The notes beneath the pieces were generated by a model, which was given only the letters and a program-made list of their open reading frames with translations, did not search any database and was not told where the DNA came from. From assembly GCA_963695095.1 (NCBI GenBank), contig CAVOFT010000001.1, forward strand, positions 768,001 through 832,000: a stretch of 64,000 nt of DNA. Direction: 5' to 3'. Below, piece by piece: positions 26,187 through 37,000 of this stretch (positions within the stretch are counted from its first letter, which is position 1; the number at the start of each line of letters is the position of its first letter). The position numbers and the translations under genes were made by a program. This stretch comes from an uncultured bacterium (GTDB lineage Bacteria > Krumholzibacteriota > Krumholzibacteriia > JACNKJ01).

Positions 26187-28616
26187 ATGGCCGACCTGCG
26201 CGCTGCTCGCCGCCTGCCCATCGACAAGCTCCGCTGGACCTGCGATGAGAGCGGCTTCGACTTCGACACCACCAAGAGCGTGCCTGCCCTCAAGGAGATC
26301 GTGGGCCAGCCGCGGGCCATCCAGAGCCTGGAGTTCGGCCTCAAGATCGGCGACCACGGCTACAACATCTACGTGAGCGGGCTCACGGGCGTTGGCCGCG
26401 TGACCTTGATCAAGATGCACCTGGAGGAGCTGGTCAAGTTCGCCCCGCGGCCCGAGGACATCTGCTTCGTCAACAACTTCGAGGAAGCCGATGTGCCGCG
26501 CGTGCTCATCCTGCCGCCGGGCAAGGGCGCCGAGCTGCGCCGGCACGTCAACCAGCTGGTCGAGACCCTGCGCGAGGAGGTGCCGCGGGCCTTCGAGAGC
26601 AAGGAGTACGAGGGGCAGGTCTCGGCCGTGGCCCAGGCCAGCCAGACCCGCCAGCAGGAGCTCCTGAGCGACCTGGAGCGCTTCGCCAGCGACCGCAACT
26701 ACACCATCGAGTTCACGAAGGTGGGCATCACCTTGCAGCCGGTCAAAGACGGCGAAGCACTGGACGCCGAGGGCGTGGCTGCGCTCTCGGCGCCGGAGAA
26801 GGAGGAGCTCGAGCAGCACCGCCAGGCGGTGCAGGAGGAAGTGCAGCGCTTCCTCAAGGCTGCCAAGGAGCTGAACAGGGACACGCGCGAGAAGATCGAC
26901 GACATCAAGAACCGCGTCGGGGTCTTCGTGGTGGGCAGCATCATCGACATCTACAAGGACAAGTACGAAGAGCATCCGGCGGTGATCGCCTACCTGAACG
27001 CTTTCCAGCAGCATGTGGTCGAGCAGCTGGGCGACTTCGGCGACGAGGAGGAGAAGCCGCAGATGCCCTTCATGGGCGGGCGGCCCGAGGCCGACGGCGA
27101 CAAGTTCGCGAAGTACCGGGTCAACTTGGTCGTCGACAACAGTGCCACGACGGGAGCGCCGGTGGTGATCGAGACCAGCCCCAGCTACTACAATCTCTTC
27201 GGCCGCATCGAGCGGAAGAGCTACATGGGCGCGCTGGTCACCAACTTCCAGCTCATCAAGGCGGGCAGCATCCTCAAGGCGCGGGGAGGCTATCTGGTGG
27301 TCAATGCCCTGGACGTGCTCACCAGCCCGGGCGTCTGGGAGGGCCTGAAGAAAGTGGTCAAGTACAACCAGGTGCGCATCGAGGATCTGGGCGAGCAGTA
27401 CAGCCTGGTGCCCCTGGCGGGCATGAAGCCCGAGCCCATTCCGACCAGGCTCAAGATCATCATGATCGGCTCGGCCCGCATCTATCGCCTGCTGCAGTCA
27501 CTCGACGAGGACTTCCGCAAGATCTTCAAGGTGAAGGTGGACTTCGACACGCGCATGCCGATGGAGCAGGCACGCCAGGAGTACCCGGCCTTCATCAGCA
27601 CGCGCGTGCGCGAGGAAGGCCTGCTGCACTTCGATCGCGGCGGTGTGGCCGCCGTCATCGAGGATGCCGCCCGCCAGGTGGACGACCGCGCCTACGCCTC
27701 CACACGCTTCGCCGATGCCGCCGACCTCGTCCGCGAGGCCAGCTTCTTCGCCCACGAGGCGGGGGCGAAGCTCGTCACCCGCGCGCACGTCGAGCGGGCC
27801 ATTCTCGAGAAGCGGCAGCGCTCGAACCTGATCGAGGAGCGCATCCAGCAGCTCTTCGCCGAAGGCACCCTGCTCGTGGATGTGGCCGGCGAGCGCGTCG
27901 GCCAGATCAACGGCCTGGCCGTGCTCGACCTCGGCGACATCCGCTTCGGCAAGCCCAGTCGCATCACCGCGAAGACCTGGATGGGGCGAGCCGGCGTCAT
28001 CGACATCGAGCGCGAAGCCAAGCTGGCGGGGCAGATCTATCAGAAGGGCGTGCTCATTCTATCCGGCTACTTCGGCGCCACCTATGCCCAGCGCCGTCCG
28101 CTGGCGCTTTCGGCGAGCCTGGCCTTCGAGCAGAGCTACGAGGGCGTCGACGGCGACAGCGCTTCGAGCACCGAGCTCTACGCGCTGCTCAGCAGCCTGT
28201 CCGGCCTGCCGCTGCGCCAGGGCATCGCGGTGACGGGCAGCGTCAACCAGCACGGGGAGGTGCAGCCCATCGGCGGCGCGAACGAGAAGATCGAGGGCTA
28301 TTTCGCCGTCTGCAAGCTGAAGGGCCTCACCGGCGAGCAGGGCGTGATGATCCCCGCCAGCAACGAGCGGCACCTGATGCTGACTGCCGAGCTGCGCGAG
28401 GCGGTGGCTGCAGGGCGCTTCCACATCTGGAGCGTGGAAAGCATCGACCAGGGCCTGGAGATCCTCACCGGCCGGCCGGCGGGCGCACCCGACGCTGAGG
28501 GTATCTACCCCGAGGGCAGCGTGCACCGCGCCGTGCAGGATCGCCTCACCGCCTTCGCCGACGGCCTCAAGGGCGAGAAGGGTGCGGACGAGAAGCCGGC
28601 GGGCAAGGAGGACTGA
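26187..28616 (+). CDS. Lon-like protease (LonC type, degenerate Walker A)
   Basis: GGAGG RBS; GLTGVGR in place of GxxGxGK; LFGRIE; catalytic DGDSAS and GGANEKIEG. Confidence 0.92.
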   Translation: MADLRAARRLPIDKLRWTCDESGFDFDTTKSVPALKEIVGQPRAIQSLEFGLKIGDHGYNIYVSGLTGVGRVTLIKMHLEELVKFAPRPEDICFVNNFEEADVPRVLILPPGKGAELRRHVNQLVETLREEVPRAFESKEYEGQVSAVAQASQTRQQELLSDLERFASDRNYTIEFTKVGITLQPVKDGEALDAEGVAALSAPEKEELEQHRQAVQEEVQRFLKAAKELNRDTREKIDDIKNRVGVFVVGSIIDIYKDKYEEHPAVIAYLNAFQQHVVEQLGDFGDEEEKPQMPFMGGRPEADGDKFAKYRVNLVVDNSATTGAPVVIETSPSYYNLFGRIERKSYMGALVTNFQLIKAGSILKARGGYLVVNALDVLTSPGVWEGLKKVVKYNQVRIEDLGEQYSLVPLAGMKPEPIPTRLKIIMIGSARIYRLLQSLDEDFRKIFKVKVDFDTRMPMEQARQEYPAFISTRVREEGLLHFDRGGVAAVIEDAARQVDDRAYASTRFADAADLVREASFFAHEAGAKLVTRAHVERAILEKRQRSNLIEERIQQLFAEGTLLVDVAGERVGQINGLAVLDLGDIRFGKPSRITAKTWMGRAGVIDIEREAKLAGQIYQKGVLILSGYFGATYAQRRPLALSASLAFEQSYEGVDGDSASSTELYALLSSLSGLPLRQGIAVTGSVNQHGEVQPIGGANEKIEGYFAVCKLKGLTGEQGVMIPASNERHLMLTAELREAVAAGRFHIWSVESIDQGLEILTGRPAGAPDAEGIYPEGSVHRAVQDRLTAFADGLKGEKGADEKPAGKED

Positions 28617-28672
28617 GACCGGCCGGGTCGACAGGGGCGAGGTGGGCCGCGCTGTTCGGTGCAGCGATGGTC

Positions 28673-28701
28673 TTGACAGAGCGTGGATCATATAGTATAA
28701 T
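28673..28701 (+). promoter_or_regulatory. Perfect-consensus sigma70 promoter
   Basis: TTGACA (28673-28678), 17 nt, TATAAT (28696-28701). Confidence 0.85.
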
Positions 28702-28748
28702 ACATGCCATCCCCGCCTCCCGCGACCTCGTCCCGACGAGGCCTCTCC

Positions 28749-29067
28749 ATGTCCGAGTTCGCGCCCAATCTCCCCGCCGCTGCGGTGGATGCGCGCCTGC
28801 GCGCGGCCGTCGCCGATCCGCGCCACGCCGAGCAGCGCGCCGTGCTCTGGTTCGCCGAGCTGATGCGCCGCCGCCTCTACCGCGACTGCGGTTACGCCAG
28901 CATTCATGCCCGCGCCGCGAAAACCGGGAGCGCCTGCTGGCTGCCTTCGCCGCGCTGGCGGATGCCAGTGTACACGTGTACAAAACGAGGCACCCTGCCA
29001 GGTGGTGATCTACCGCTGCGAGGAGTGCGGCGCTGCGCGGCGGCCTTGCCGCCGCCGGGCCGATTGA
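28749..29067 (+). pseudogene. Decayed DUF222/HNH-endonuclease-like gene
   Basis: Fragments in three frames: ...VLWFAELMRRRLYRDCGYASIHA / RERLLAAFAALA / CTRVQNEAPCQVVIYRCEECG; no HNH core left; family recalled from memory. Confidence 0.55.
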
Positions 29068-29156
29068 CGACATTGTCCTCTGGATTTGCGCCCGCAGGGG
29101 TGGTCCCCGCGGCGGCCGGCAGGGCCACGCGCCCCTGTCATAACTAAGGAGAGCAG

Positions 29157-29654
29157 ATGCCGAGCACCACCGAGAACCTCGCCGAGGCCTTTGCCGGCGA
29201 GAGCCAGGCCAACCAGAAGTACCTCGCCTTCGCCGCCCAGGCCGAGAAGGACGGCTTCGCCAACGTTGCCAAGCTCTTTCGCACGACGGCCGAGGCCGAG
29301 CGCATCCACGCCGGGGGCCATCTGCAGGCTCTGGCGAAGGTGAGCGATACGGCGGCCAATCTGCAGGCCGCCATCGCCGGCGAGACCTACGAATCCACCG
29401 AGATGTACCCGCCGATGCTCGAGCAGGCTGAAGAGGAAGGCCACGGCGCGCGGCGCATGTTCGGCTTCGCGGTCGAGGCGGAGGCCGTGCACGCCAAGCT
29501 CTACCGGCTCGCACTGGCGGCGGTGAAAAGTGGCAAGGACCTGGCCGAGACCGCCTTCCACCTCTGCCCGATCTGCGGCCACATCGAACTCGGCGCGCCA
29601 CCCGAGCGCTGCCCGATCTGCAAGGCGCCGGCGGCGCGCTTCGTGCAGCTCTAG
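29157..29654 (+). CDS. rbr: Rubrerythrin
   Basis: AFAGESQANQKY, EAERIHA, GETYE, EAVHA; C-terminal CPICG...CPIC. Confidence 0.96.
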   Translation: MPSTTENLAEAFAGESQANQKYLAFAAQAEKDGFANVAKLFRTTAEAERIHAGGHLQALAKVSDTAANLQAAIAGETYESTEMYPPMLEQAEEEGHGARRMFGFAVEAEAVHAKLYRLALAAVKSGKDLAETAFHLCPICGHIELGAPPERCPICKAPAARFVQL

Positions 29655-30775
29655 CCGCGGGGCCGCTGGACCTGGCGCTCCGGCAGGAGGCGCCGGTAAA
29701 CAGCCAGGGTGCTCTCGGCCACGCGGTCCCAGGAGTAGTTGCCCACCGCATGCGCGTAGGCGCGCTCGCCGCCTGCGCGCACGGCAGGCGCATCGGCCAG
29801 CAGCGCCGCGAGCTGCCTGCGCAGGTCGGCCACATCGCGCGAGCGGAAGCTGAAGCCCACGCCTTCCACCAGCTCGAGGTTCTCGGGAATGTCGCTGGAG
29901 AGCACGCAGCGGCCGAAGCTCATCGCCTCGAGCAGGGCGATCGAGAGGCCCTCGATCTCGCTGGGCTGCACGTAGAGGTAGGCGTTGCTGAAGAGCTCCT
30001 CGAGCAAGCTGCCGCCCACGAAGCCCGTGAAGACGATGCGCGCATCTCCCGCCGCCAGGGCCTTCAGCTCGGCCACGTAGCGGTCCTCGTGCAGGCCCTC
30101 GCCCGCGATCACCAGGCGCTTGTCGGTGTCCAGCTCGCGGAAGGCGCGGATGAGGTGATGGGCGCCCTTCTCCGGCGTCAGCCGGGCGATGAAGAAGAGG
30201 TAGTCGCCCTCGCCCAGGCCCCAGCGCTCGCGGATCTGATCCGGCGCCCGCCGCTCCGGGGCCTGGATGCCGTTGGGGATCGCGTCCACGCGCCGGCCGA
30301 ACTTGCGCAGGTAGTAGTCCTGCAGCACCTGGCTGACGACGATGGTCGCGTTGGGGAAGCGCACGCTGAAGCCCTCGCAGGCCTGCAGGTAGCGCCGCGC
30401 GAGGCGGCCCCACTTCGCGCGCTGCCAGTCCAGGCCGTGCACGGTCACCACCGTCTTGTGTCCGACCAGGCGCGGCAGCCAGGCGAAGATGCTCGGCCCC
30501 AGCGCGTGGAAGTGCACGATGCCGCGCGGACGGCCGAGCACGTCCAGGGTGGAGAGGAAGGCGTAGAGAATCGTGTCGAAGTGCTTGGTGCGCAGGGTGG
30601 GCAGCCGGCGGATGCGCACGCCCTTGTACTCGCGCATGGGCGCCACGTAGTAGCTGCGCCCGTAGACCGTGATCGCCGCCCGCCCGGTCAGCCGCGTGGC
30701 GATTTCCTCGATATGCCGCTCGATGCCGCCCTGCGTCGTGGGTATGCCGCGCGTGCCGATGTGGTATACCTTCAT
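29651..30775 (-). CDS. Glycosyltransferase family 4
   Basis: IGTRGIP..GGIE, RLTPEKG, EGLSIALLEAMS. Confidence 0.95.
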   Translation of the reverse strand: MKVYHIGTRGIPTTQGGIERHIEEIATRLTGRAAITVYGRSYYVAPMREYKGVRIRRLPTLRTKHFDTILYAFLSTLDVLGRPRGIVHFHALGPSIFAWLPRLVGHKTVVTVHGLDWQRAKWGRLARRYLQACEGFSVRFPNATIVVSQVLQDYYLRKFGRRVDAIPNGIQAPERRAPDQIRERWGLGEGDYLFFIARLTPEKGAHHLIRAFRELDTDKRLVIAGEGLHEDRYVAELKALAAGDARIVFTGFVGGSLLEELFSNAYLYVQPSEIEGLSIALLEAMSFGRCVLSSDIPENLELVEGVGFSFRSRDVADLRRQLAALLADAPAVRAGGERAYAHAVGNYSWDRVAESTLAVYRRLLPERQVQRPRG

Positions 30776-30827
30776 GGGCAGGGGCGCCTCTGGACGCGGG
30801 CCGCTCGCGGAATGCGGGAGACCTCTC

Positions 30828-30856
30828 ATCCTAGGCAGGGCCCCGGACACTGTCAA
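30828..30856 (-). promoter_or_regulatory. Sigma70-type promoter of the GT4 gene
   Basis: TTGACA-17 nt-TAGGAT. Confidence 0.6.
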
Positions 30857-30900
30857 CCTCGGCTCCGCCGCGGGCGGGCCGCTCCCTGCGGAGTGCAAGG

Positions 30901-33900
30901 GTGAGGGAACTGGTCGTCGGCATCGCGGGATCGGGCAAGACCCGCCACTGCCTCGAGCGCAGCCGGGCTGCCCTCGCGGCCGGTCGCCCCGTGCTCTACC
31001 TGGTGCCCAATGCCGATGAGGCCGCGCTCGTGCGCCGCCGCCTGCTCGAGGCCGCGGGTGGGGGCGCCGCTTTCTTGCCGGGCATCCTCACCTGTCGCCT
31101 GCTGGCGCGCCGCATCTTGGACGGCGCGCTGCCCGGCTGGTCCGAGCGCGATCCGCTGGCCCGCCGGCTCGCGCTGCGCGCTCTGCTCGAGCGCTGGCAG
31201 GGCCGGCTGGGTCCGCCGCGCTTCGAGCGCAGCGCCCAGACGCCGGGCTTCCTCGCGGCCCTCGACGACTTGCTAGCGGAACTCGCCATGGCGGACTTGC
31301 CGCCGGCCGCCCTGGCCGGACTCGCGGCCGCGGCCGCCACCGCCGAGGATCGCCGCCGCCTGGAGGCCCTGGCCGCGCTCGCGGCGGAGGCCGGTGGCGA
31401 GACCCTCCAGTTCGACCCACCGGCCCTGCTCGCCCGCGCGGGGGCGCTGGCGGCGGCCGATCCCCAGCGCGCACTGGGCGACGCCCTGGCGCGCAGCAGC
31501 CAGCCGGGCGAGGCGCTGCTCGTCCTCGATGGCTTCAGTCACCTCGGCGCCCTCGAACTCGGTCTGCTCGAAGCGCTGCTGCCGGCCGTGGGGGAGGCCT
31601 GCTTCGCGCTCTGCCTCGATCCGGCGGATCTTGCGGTCGGGGCCGGGCCGCGCTCGCCCTTCGAAGGCCTGCACGCCCTGGCGCGCCGCTGCCTCGAGGG
31701 CGGCTGGACCCTGCTGCCGCTGGGCGAGACCCAGCGCGCCGCTTCGCCCTTGCTGCGCGGGCTGGCCGCCCGGCTCTTCCGGCCAGAGGGCGCTCTGCCG
31801 ACGGCCCACGCCGAGGGCGACGTAGGCGCGAACGCTCTGGGGCTGATCGAGGGCAGCACGCCCCGGGACGAGGCCGAGGGCGTCCTGCGCGAGATTCGCC
31901 GCGCGCTGGCAAGCGGCCTGGCGCCCGAGCAGATCGCCGTTCTCCATCGCCAGGAGGCCATGGGCGAGCTGCTGGCCGGCCTGCTCGTCGCCGCCGGCAT
32001 TCCCCTCGCCAGCGAGCGGCGTCGCGCACTCCCGCGCTTCGCCGCCGTCGATCAGGCGCTCGTCCTCCTCGATTGGGCCGGCGGCGCCTCCCCGGCAGAC
32101 CTGCCCCAGCGCCTGCGCGGCGGCGTGGGCACCCCGGATGCTCTGCTCGCCGAACTGCAGGCCGAGGGCCGTGCCCGGGGCCTGCCGGTGGCGGCGCCCT
32201 GGGCGCCCAGCCTCGCCGCCGCCCGCGCAGGCGCGCCGGAGGCCGACTGGTCCTGGCTCGACTGGCGGGATGCCCTGCCCACGGGATCGCTTCCGGGAGC
32301 GGCCTGGCTCGAGCAGGTCGTGGCGCCGCTCATCGCCCTGCTCGCTGCGCCCCTGGCCGCGCAGATCGAGGGCTCCCTGCTGACGGCGGGCCGGGGCCCC
32401 GAGCTGGCCATCCTCGCCGCGGATGCCCGGGCCCTCGAGCGCCTGGAGGCGGTGGCCATCGGCATCGCCGCCGCTCTGCCCGAGCCGCGCTCGCTCGCCG
32501 TCTGGACCGAGCGCCTGCGCCGCGAGGCCGACGCCGAGAGCCTCAGCGTCCCCCTCGGCCGCGAGGGCGGGGGCCTGCTGCTGGGCAATCCCTTCCGCCT
32601 GCGCCTGCCCGAGCTGCACACGGTCTTCGTCTGCGGACTCAACGAGGGTCTCTTCCCGCCGGCTTTTCGCGAGGACCCGCTCCTGCGCGACGTTGAGCGC
32701 CGGGCCCTGGGCGGTGCGCTGCCCGACCGCCGCCAGCGACTGGCTCGCGAGCGCTACCTCTTCTATGTCGCCTGCACGCGGCCCGCGGCCAAGCTCTGGC
32801 TGAGCTGGGCGGCGCGCGACGCGACCGGCCGCCCGCTGGCGCCCAGCCAGTTCGTCGCCGAGCTGCGGCGCCTGGCGCCGGTCTGGCCGGAGCCCCGGCG
32901 CCTGCCGGCCCTGGCGATGGCCGAGAAGCTGCGCGATCCCGTCGATCTGCGCGGCCTGCTGCGGGATCGCCTGCTGGCCGGCGCGCGTCGCGAGGCCGCC
33001 GCCCTGGCCGCCGAGGCTGACGCCTGGCTGCGCGCCCAGGGCGAGGGAGCGCGCCTGGAGTCGGCCGCGCGGCCCCGTGGCGAGCCGCGCCTGGACGGCC
33101 ATCCCGCGCTGGCAGCCCATCTCCCGAGCACGCTGCATCTGAGCGCGAGCCGCCTGGAGGCCTTCGCCGAGTGCCCCTATCGCTTCCTGGGCACCTACCT
33201 GCTCGGCCTCGAGGAGGCCGAGACCTTCGAGCCCGGCGCGCGCGAGGAGGGCAGCCTGCTCCACCGCGTGCTCGAGCTGGTCCACGCCGAGGGCGCCCCG
33301 CCGCCGCCGGCGGCGCTGGCCGCGCTGCACGAGCGCGCCATCGCCGAGCTGGCCGATGCGCTGCCCGGCCTGAACTCCCCCCGCTTTCGCGCCGGCGATG
33401 CCCGCCGGCTGAGCCTGCTGGCGGGCTTCCTCGAGCGCGACGCGGAGCGCGTCGCTGCCTGCGGCTTCGCGCCGCGCGCCGCCGGCGCCGAGGCGCGCTT
33501 CTCGCTGCCCCTGGCCGAGCTGCCCGGCGGGCCCGATCCGGCCGATGCGGGCGTGGTCGTGACGGGCATCGTCGATCGCGTGGATGTGGACGGCGAGGGA
33601 CGCGAGCTGGTGCTCGACTACAAGCGCGGCAAGGCGGCGGCCGAGCGGCCGGACGCCGCTGAGCCCCGCCGCTTCCAGCTCGCGCTCTACGCCCTCGCGC
33701 GCAGCCGCGAGGCGGCGGTGGCCGGCGCGGCCTACTGCCAGCTGCAGGAAGCCAAGCTCCTGCGCGGCTGCTTCCGCGCCGACTTGAAGCCGCAGCTCGA
33801 GCCCTGGACCGTCCGCAGCGACAAGGGCCGCCACTGGCTCGACGAAGCGGACTGGGACGCCTGGCTCGCCCAGGTGGGCAAGCGCCTGCGCGAGATCGTC

Positions 33901-34020
33901 GGCGCCATTCGCGCCGGCCGGCTCGAGCCGCTGCCCCGCGAAGGCCTGGACAGTTGCCGCTGCTGCGCGCTAAGGCCGCTGTGCCGCTGGGAAGAGGAGG
34001 CGGCGCTCGATGGCGACTGA
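30901..34020 (+). CDS. addB: AddB/RexB-like helicase-nuclease subunit B
   Basis: GIAGSGKT; ERYLFYVACTR; SASRLEAFAECPYRF; GIVDRVD...LDYK; CRCCALRPLC. Confidence 0.88.
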   Translation: MRELVVGIAGSGKTRHCLERSRAALAAGRPVLYLVPNADEAALVRRRLLEAAGGGAAFLPGILTCRLLARRILDGALPGWSERDPLARRLALRALLERWQGRLGPPRFERSAQTPGFLAALDDLLAELAMADLPPAALAGLAAAAATAEDRRRLEALAALAAEAGGETLQFDPPALLARAGALAAADPQRALGDALARSSQPGEALLVLDGFSHLGALELGLLEALLPAVGEACFALCLDPADLAVGAGPRSPFEGLHALARRCLEGGWTLLPLGETQRAASPLLRGLAARLFRPEGALPTAHAEGDVGANALGLIEGSTPRDEAEGVLREIRRALASGLAPEQIAVLHRQEAMGELLAGLLVAAGIPLASERRRALPRFAAVDQALVLLDWAGGASPADLPQRLRGGVGTPDALLAELQAEGRARGLPVAAPWAPSLAAARAGAPEADWSWLDWRDALPTGSLPGAAWLEQVVAPLIALLAAPLAAQIEGSLLTAGRGPELAILAADARALERLEAVAIGIAAALPEPRSLAVWTERLRREADAESLSVPLGREGGGLLLGNPFRLRLPELHTVFVCGLNEGLFPPAFREDPLLRDVERRALGGALPDRRQRLARERYLFYVACTRPAAKLWLSWAARDATGRPLAPSQFVAELRRLAPVWPEPRRLPALAMAEKLRDPVDLRGLLRDRLLAGARREAAALAAEADAWLRAQGEGARLESAARPRGEPRLDGHPALAAHLPSTLHLSASRLEAFAECPYRFLGTYLLGLEEAETFEPGAREEGSLLHRVLELVHAEGAPPPPAALAALHERAIAELADALPGLNSPRFRAGDARRLSLLAGFLERDAERVAACGFAPRAAGAEARFSLPLAELPGGPDPADAGVVVTGIVDRVDVDGEGRELVLDYKRGKAAAERPDAAEPRRFQLALYALARSREAAVAGAAYCQLQEAKLLRGCFRADLKPQLEPWTVRSDKGRHWLDEADWDAWLAQVGKRLREIVGAIRAGRLEPLPREGLDSCRCCALRPLCRWEEEAALDGD

Positions 34021-37000
34021 CTTCCCGCTCATTCCCGAGCAGCGGCAACCGATCGAGGCCATCAGGGAGCACTGCCTGCTGGCCGCGGGCGCCGGCTCCG
34101 GCAAGACCCGCGTGCTCGTCGAGCGCTACCTGCACGTCCTCGCGAGCGCCGGCTGGGATCCGCGCCTGCCGGCACGTATCCTGGCCGTGACCTTCACCGA
34201 GAAGGCAGCGCTCGAGATGCGCACGCGCATCCTGGACCGCCTGGCCGAGCAGGAGGCGAAGGCCCAGGGCCCGGAGCGCGAGGCCCTCCTCGCCCTCGGC
34301 CGCGAGATGGAAAGCGCGCCCATCTCCACCATCCACGGTTTCTGCAGCCGGGTGCTGCGAGAGCATGCCGTGGAGGCCGGCCTGGACCCGCGCTTCCGCG
34401 TGCCGAGCGAGCTGGAGCTGGCCACCCTGCGCCAGGAGGTGCTGGATGCCCTCCTCGTCGAGGCGGACGCGGATCTGGACCTGCTCGCCGCCACCTTCAA
34501 GCTCGCGGATCTCCTCGCCGCCCTGGAGGAACTGCGCAGCCTGCGCCGCAGCCTCGGCCTCGATCCCGCCGAGCTGGTCGGAGACGCGGCCGCCGAACTC
34601 GCCGCGCGACAAGACGAATGGCTGCACGCGCTGCTCGGCGAGGCGCTCGTCAGCGGCCAGCGGGCCCTGCCGGCGGCCCTGGCCGGCCTCTCCGCACAGT
34701 GCCCGGGCGGCGAGCACCCCCAGCCCGGCGGCCGCAAGCGCCTCGCCGAGGCCGCGGCCCGGCTGGCCGGCTGTGATCTCGGCCTTCCCCAGCCGGAACT
34801 GCCCGAGGCGCTGCGCATCGCGCTCTCTCATTTGCGCACGCAGGGCGCCGGCCTCGAGGACTGCGGGCACCTGGCGAACGACTACGACGAACTCAAGAAG
34901 CAGCTCGCGGAACTGGCGACCCTGGCCGCTACCTGGGTGGCCGGTGCGCCCGCAGGGCCGACGGCGGCCCGCTTCGCCGCGCTGCGCGCCGCGGCCTTCC
35001 GTCTCTGCGGGCGCTACGAGGCCGGCATCAAGGAGCGCATGCGCGCGCGCGCCTGGCTGGACTTCGAGGACCTGCAACTCGAGACCGCGGCCCTGCTCGC
35101 CGAGCATGCCGGCGTGCGGCGGCGCTTGCAGGAGCTCTACCAGCACGTCCTCGTGGACGAGTTCCAGGACACCAATCGCCTGCAGCTGGCCCTCGTGCGC
35201 CTGCTCGTGCCGCCGGACACCGACCCCTGCCAGCGCGCGCTCTTCCTGGTCGGCGATGAGCGCCAGAGCATCTACGGCTTCCGCCACGCGGACGTGGAGA
35301 GCTTTCGCAGCGAGCGCGCCCGCATGGCCGCGCGCGGCGAGAGCGCGAGCCTGGAGTTCAACCACCGCAGCCACCCCGGCCTGCTCGAGTTCTACAATGC
35401 CGTCTTTCCGGCGACGGAGTTTCCGCCCCTGCGCTCGCGGACGGAGCTGGCGCCGGAGGAGCCGCCGCGGGTGCTGCTGCAGCTGACCCCCTGCGAGGAG
35501 GGGGAGCGCATCGAAGCCCAGCGCCTGCGCGCCGCCCGCCATCTCGTCGCGACGCTGAAGGCGGCGCGGGAAGACGGGCTCGCCGTCGGCTGGCCGCGCG
35601 AGGCGCGGGCTCTGGACTGGGGTGACATCGCCATCCTCGTGCGCAGCGGCGCCAGCGTGCGGCCTCTGGTGCGGGCCCTGGCGGAGGCGGCCGTGCCCTA
35701 TGCCGCCGACGCCGGCCGCGAGTACTTCCTCCGCCGCGAGCTGCAGGACCTCGAGGCCCTGGTGGCGGCCCTGGACGATCCCTTCGACACCTTCACCCTC
35801 GCTCGGGGCCTGCGCGGGGACCTGGTCGGCATCAGCCGGACGGATCTGCTGGCCCTGTTGCCCGCGCGGGGGAGGGAGCGCCGCAGCGGACGCGACCGGG
35901 GCGAGCTCCTGGAGCGCCTCGAGGCCGCCGCCGCGGGTCTGCCCGGGCTCAGCGAGGATGGCCGGGAGCGCCTGGCCGGCTTCCTGGCGCTGCGCCGCAG
36001 CTTCGCGGGCCGACTCGGGCGCCTGCCCCTGGCGGAACTCGTGCCGGCCCTGGTGGCGGCCACCGACTACGACCTGCGCGCCGCCGCGGAGCCGCAGGCC
36101 CTGCGCATCCTGCGCAACCTGCGCCAGCTCGGCGAGCTGCTCGGCGAGCTGGAGAGCGGCCGCCGGCTCAGCCTGCACGAGTTCGTCGAAGGCATGGCCG
36201 CCCTGCGCGAGCACGCGCCGCGCCAGCAGGAGGCCTGGGTGCCCGAGGAGGGCGGCAGCCTCCTGCGCATCCTCACCATCCATGGCGCCAAGGGGCTCGA
36301 ATTCCCGCTGGTCGCCGTCTTCGATCTCGACCGCGGCCTGCGCCCGGGCCGCGGGGGCGGCGATCTCGCCCTGCTGCACGCCGATCTGCCGGCGGGGCCG
36401 ACGGCGCTGCTCGGCCTGCGGCTCCGCGATCCGGGGCGACCTGCGGACGGGGACCTGCGCCGATACGGGCCATGTCTGGATCGCCCGCGAGCGTCGGCGC
36501 CGGGACAGCGTCGAGGACCTGCGTCTGCTCTACGTGGCCCTGACCCGCGCCCAGGACTACCTGGTCCTGGCCGGCAGCCTGCCGGGGCCGGCCGCCGCCG
36601 CGGGCCCCGCCGCGAGCCTGGCCGGCGCCCGAGCGCCCGAACACGACTTCCTCGGCCGCCTCAACGCCGGGCTGGCCGCTGCCGCCGCGGCGCCCCGCAG
36701 CTTGCGCATTGCCCACGCTGGGGACGCCGATCGCCTGATGGGTCCGGCCGCCCCGCGCAGCGTCGAGCAGACAGAGCCGCCGCTGCCGGCGCCGGACTGG
36801 CCGCTGCTGCTGCCGGCCGCCGCCCCGCCGCCGCTCCTCGAGCTGTCCGTCACCAGCCTCGCCCTGCTGGGCAGCTGCCCCCTGCGCTGGATGCTCGAAC
36901 GCCGGCTCGGCCTCGGTCTGCTCTTTCGACCGGACGGCGAGTCCTGGACGCCCGCCCCGCGGCCTGCGCTGGAGAGCGAAGGCGGCGCCGCCCTCGGCAG

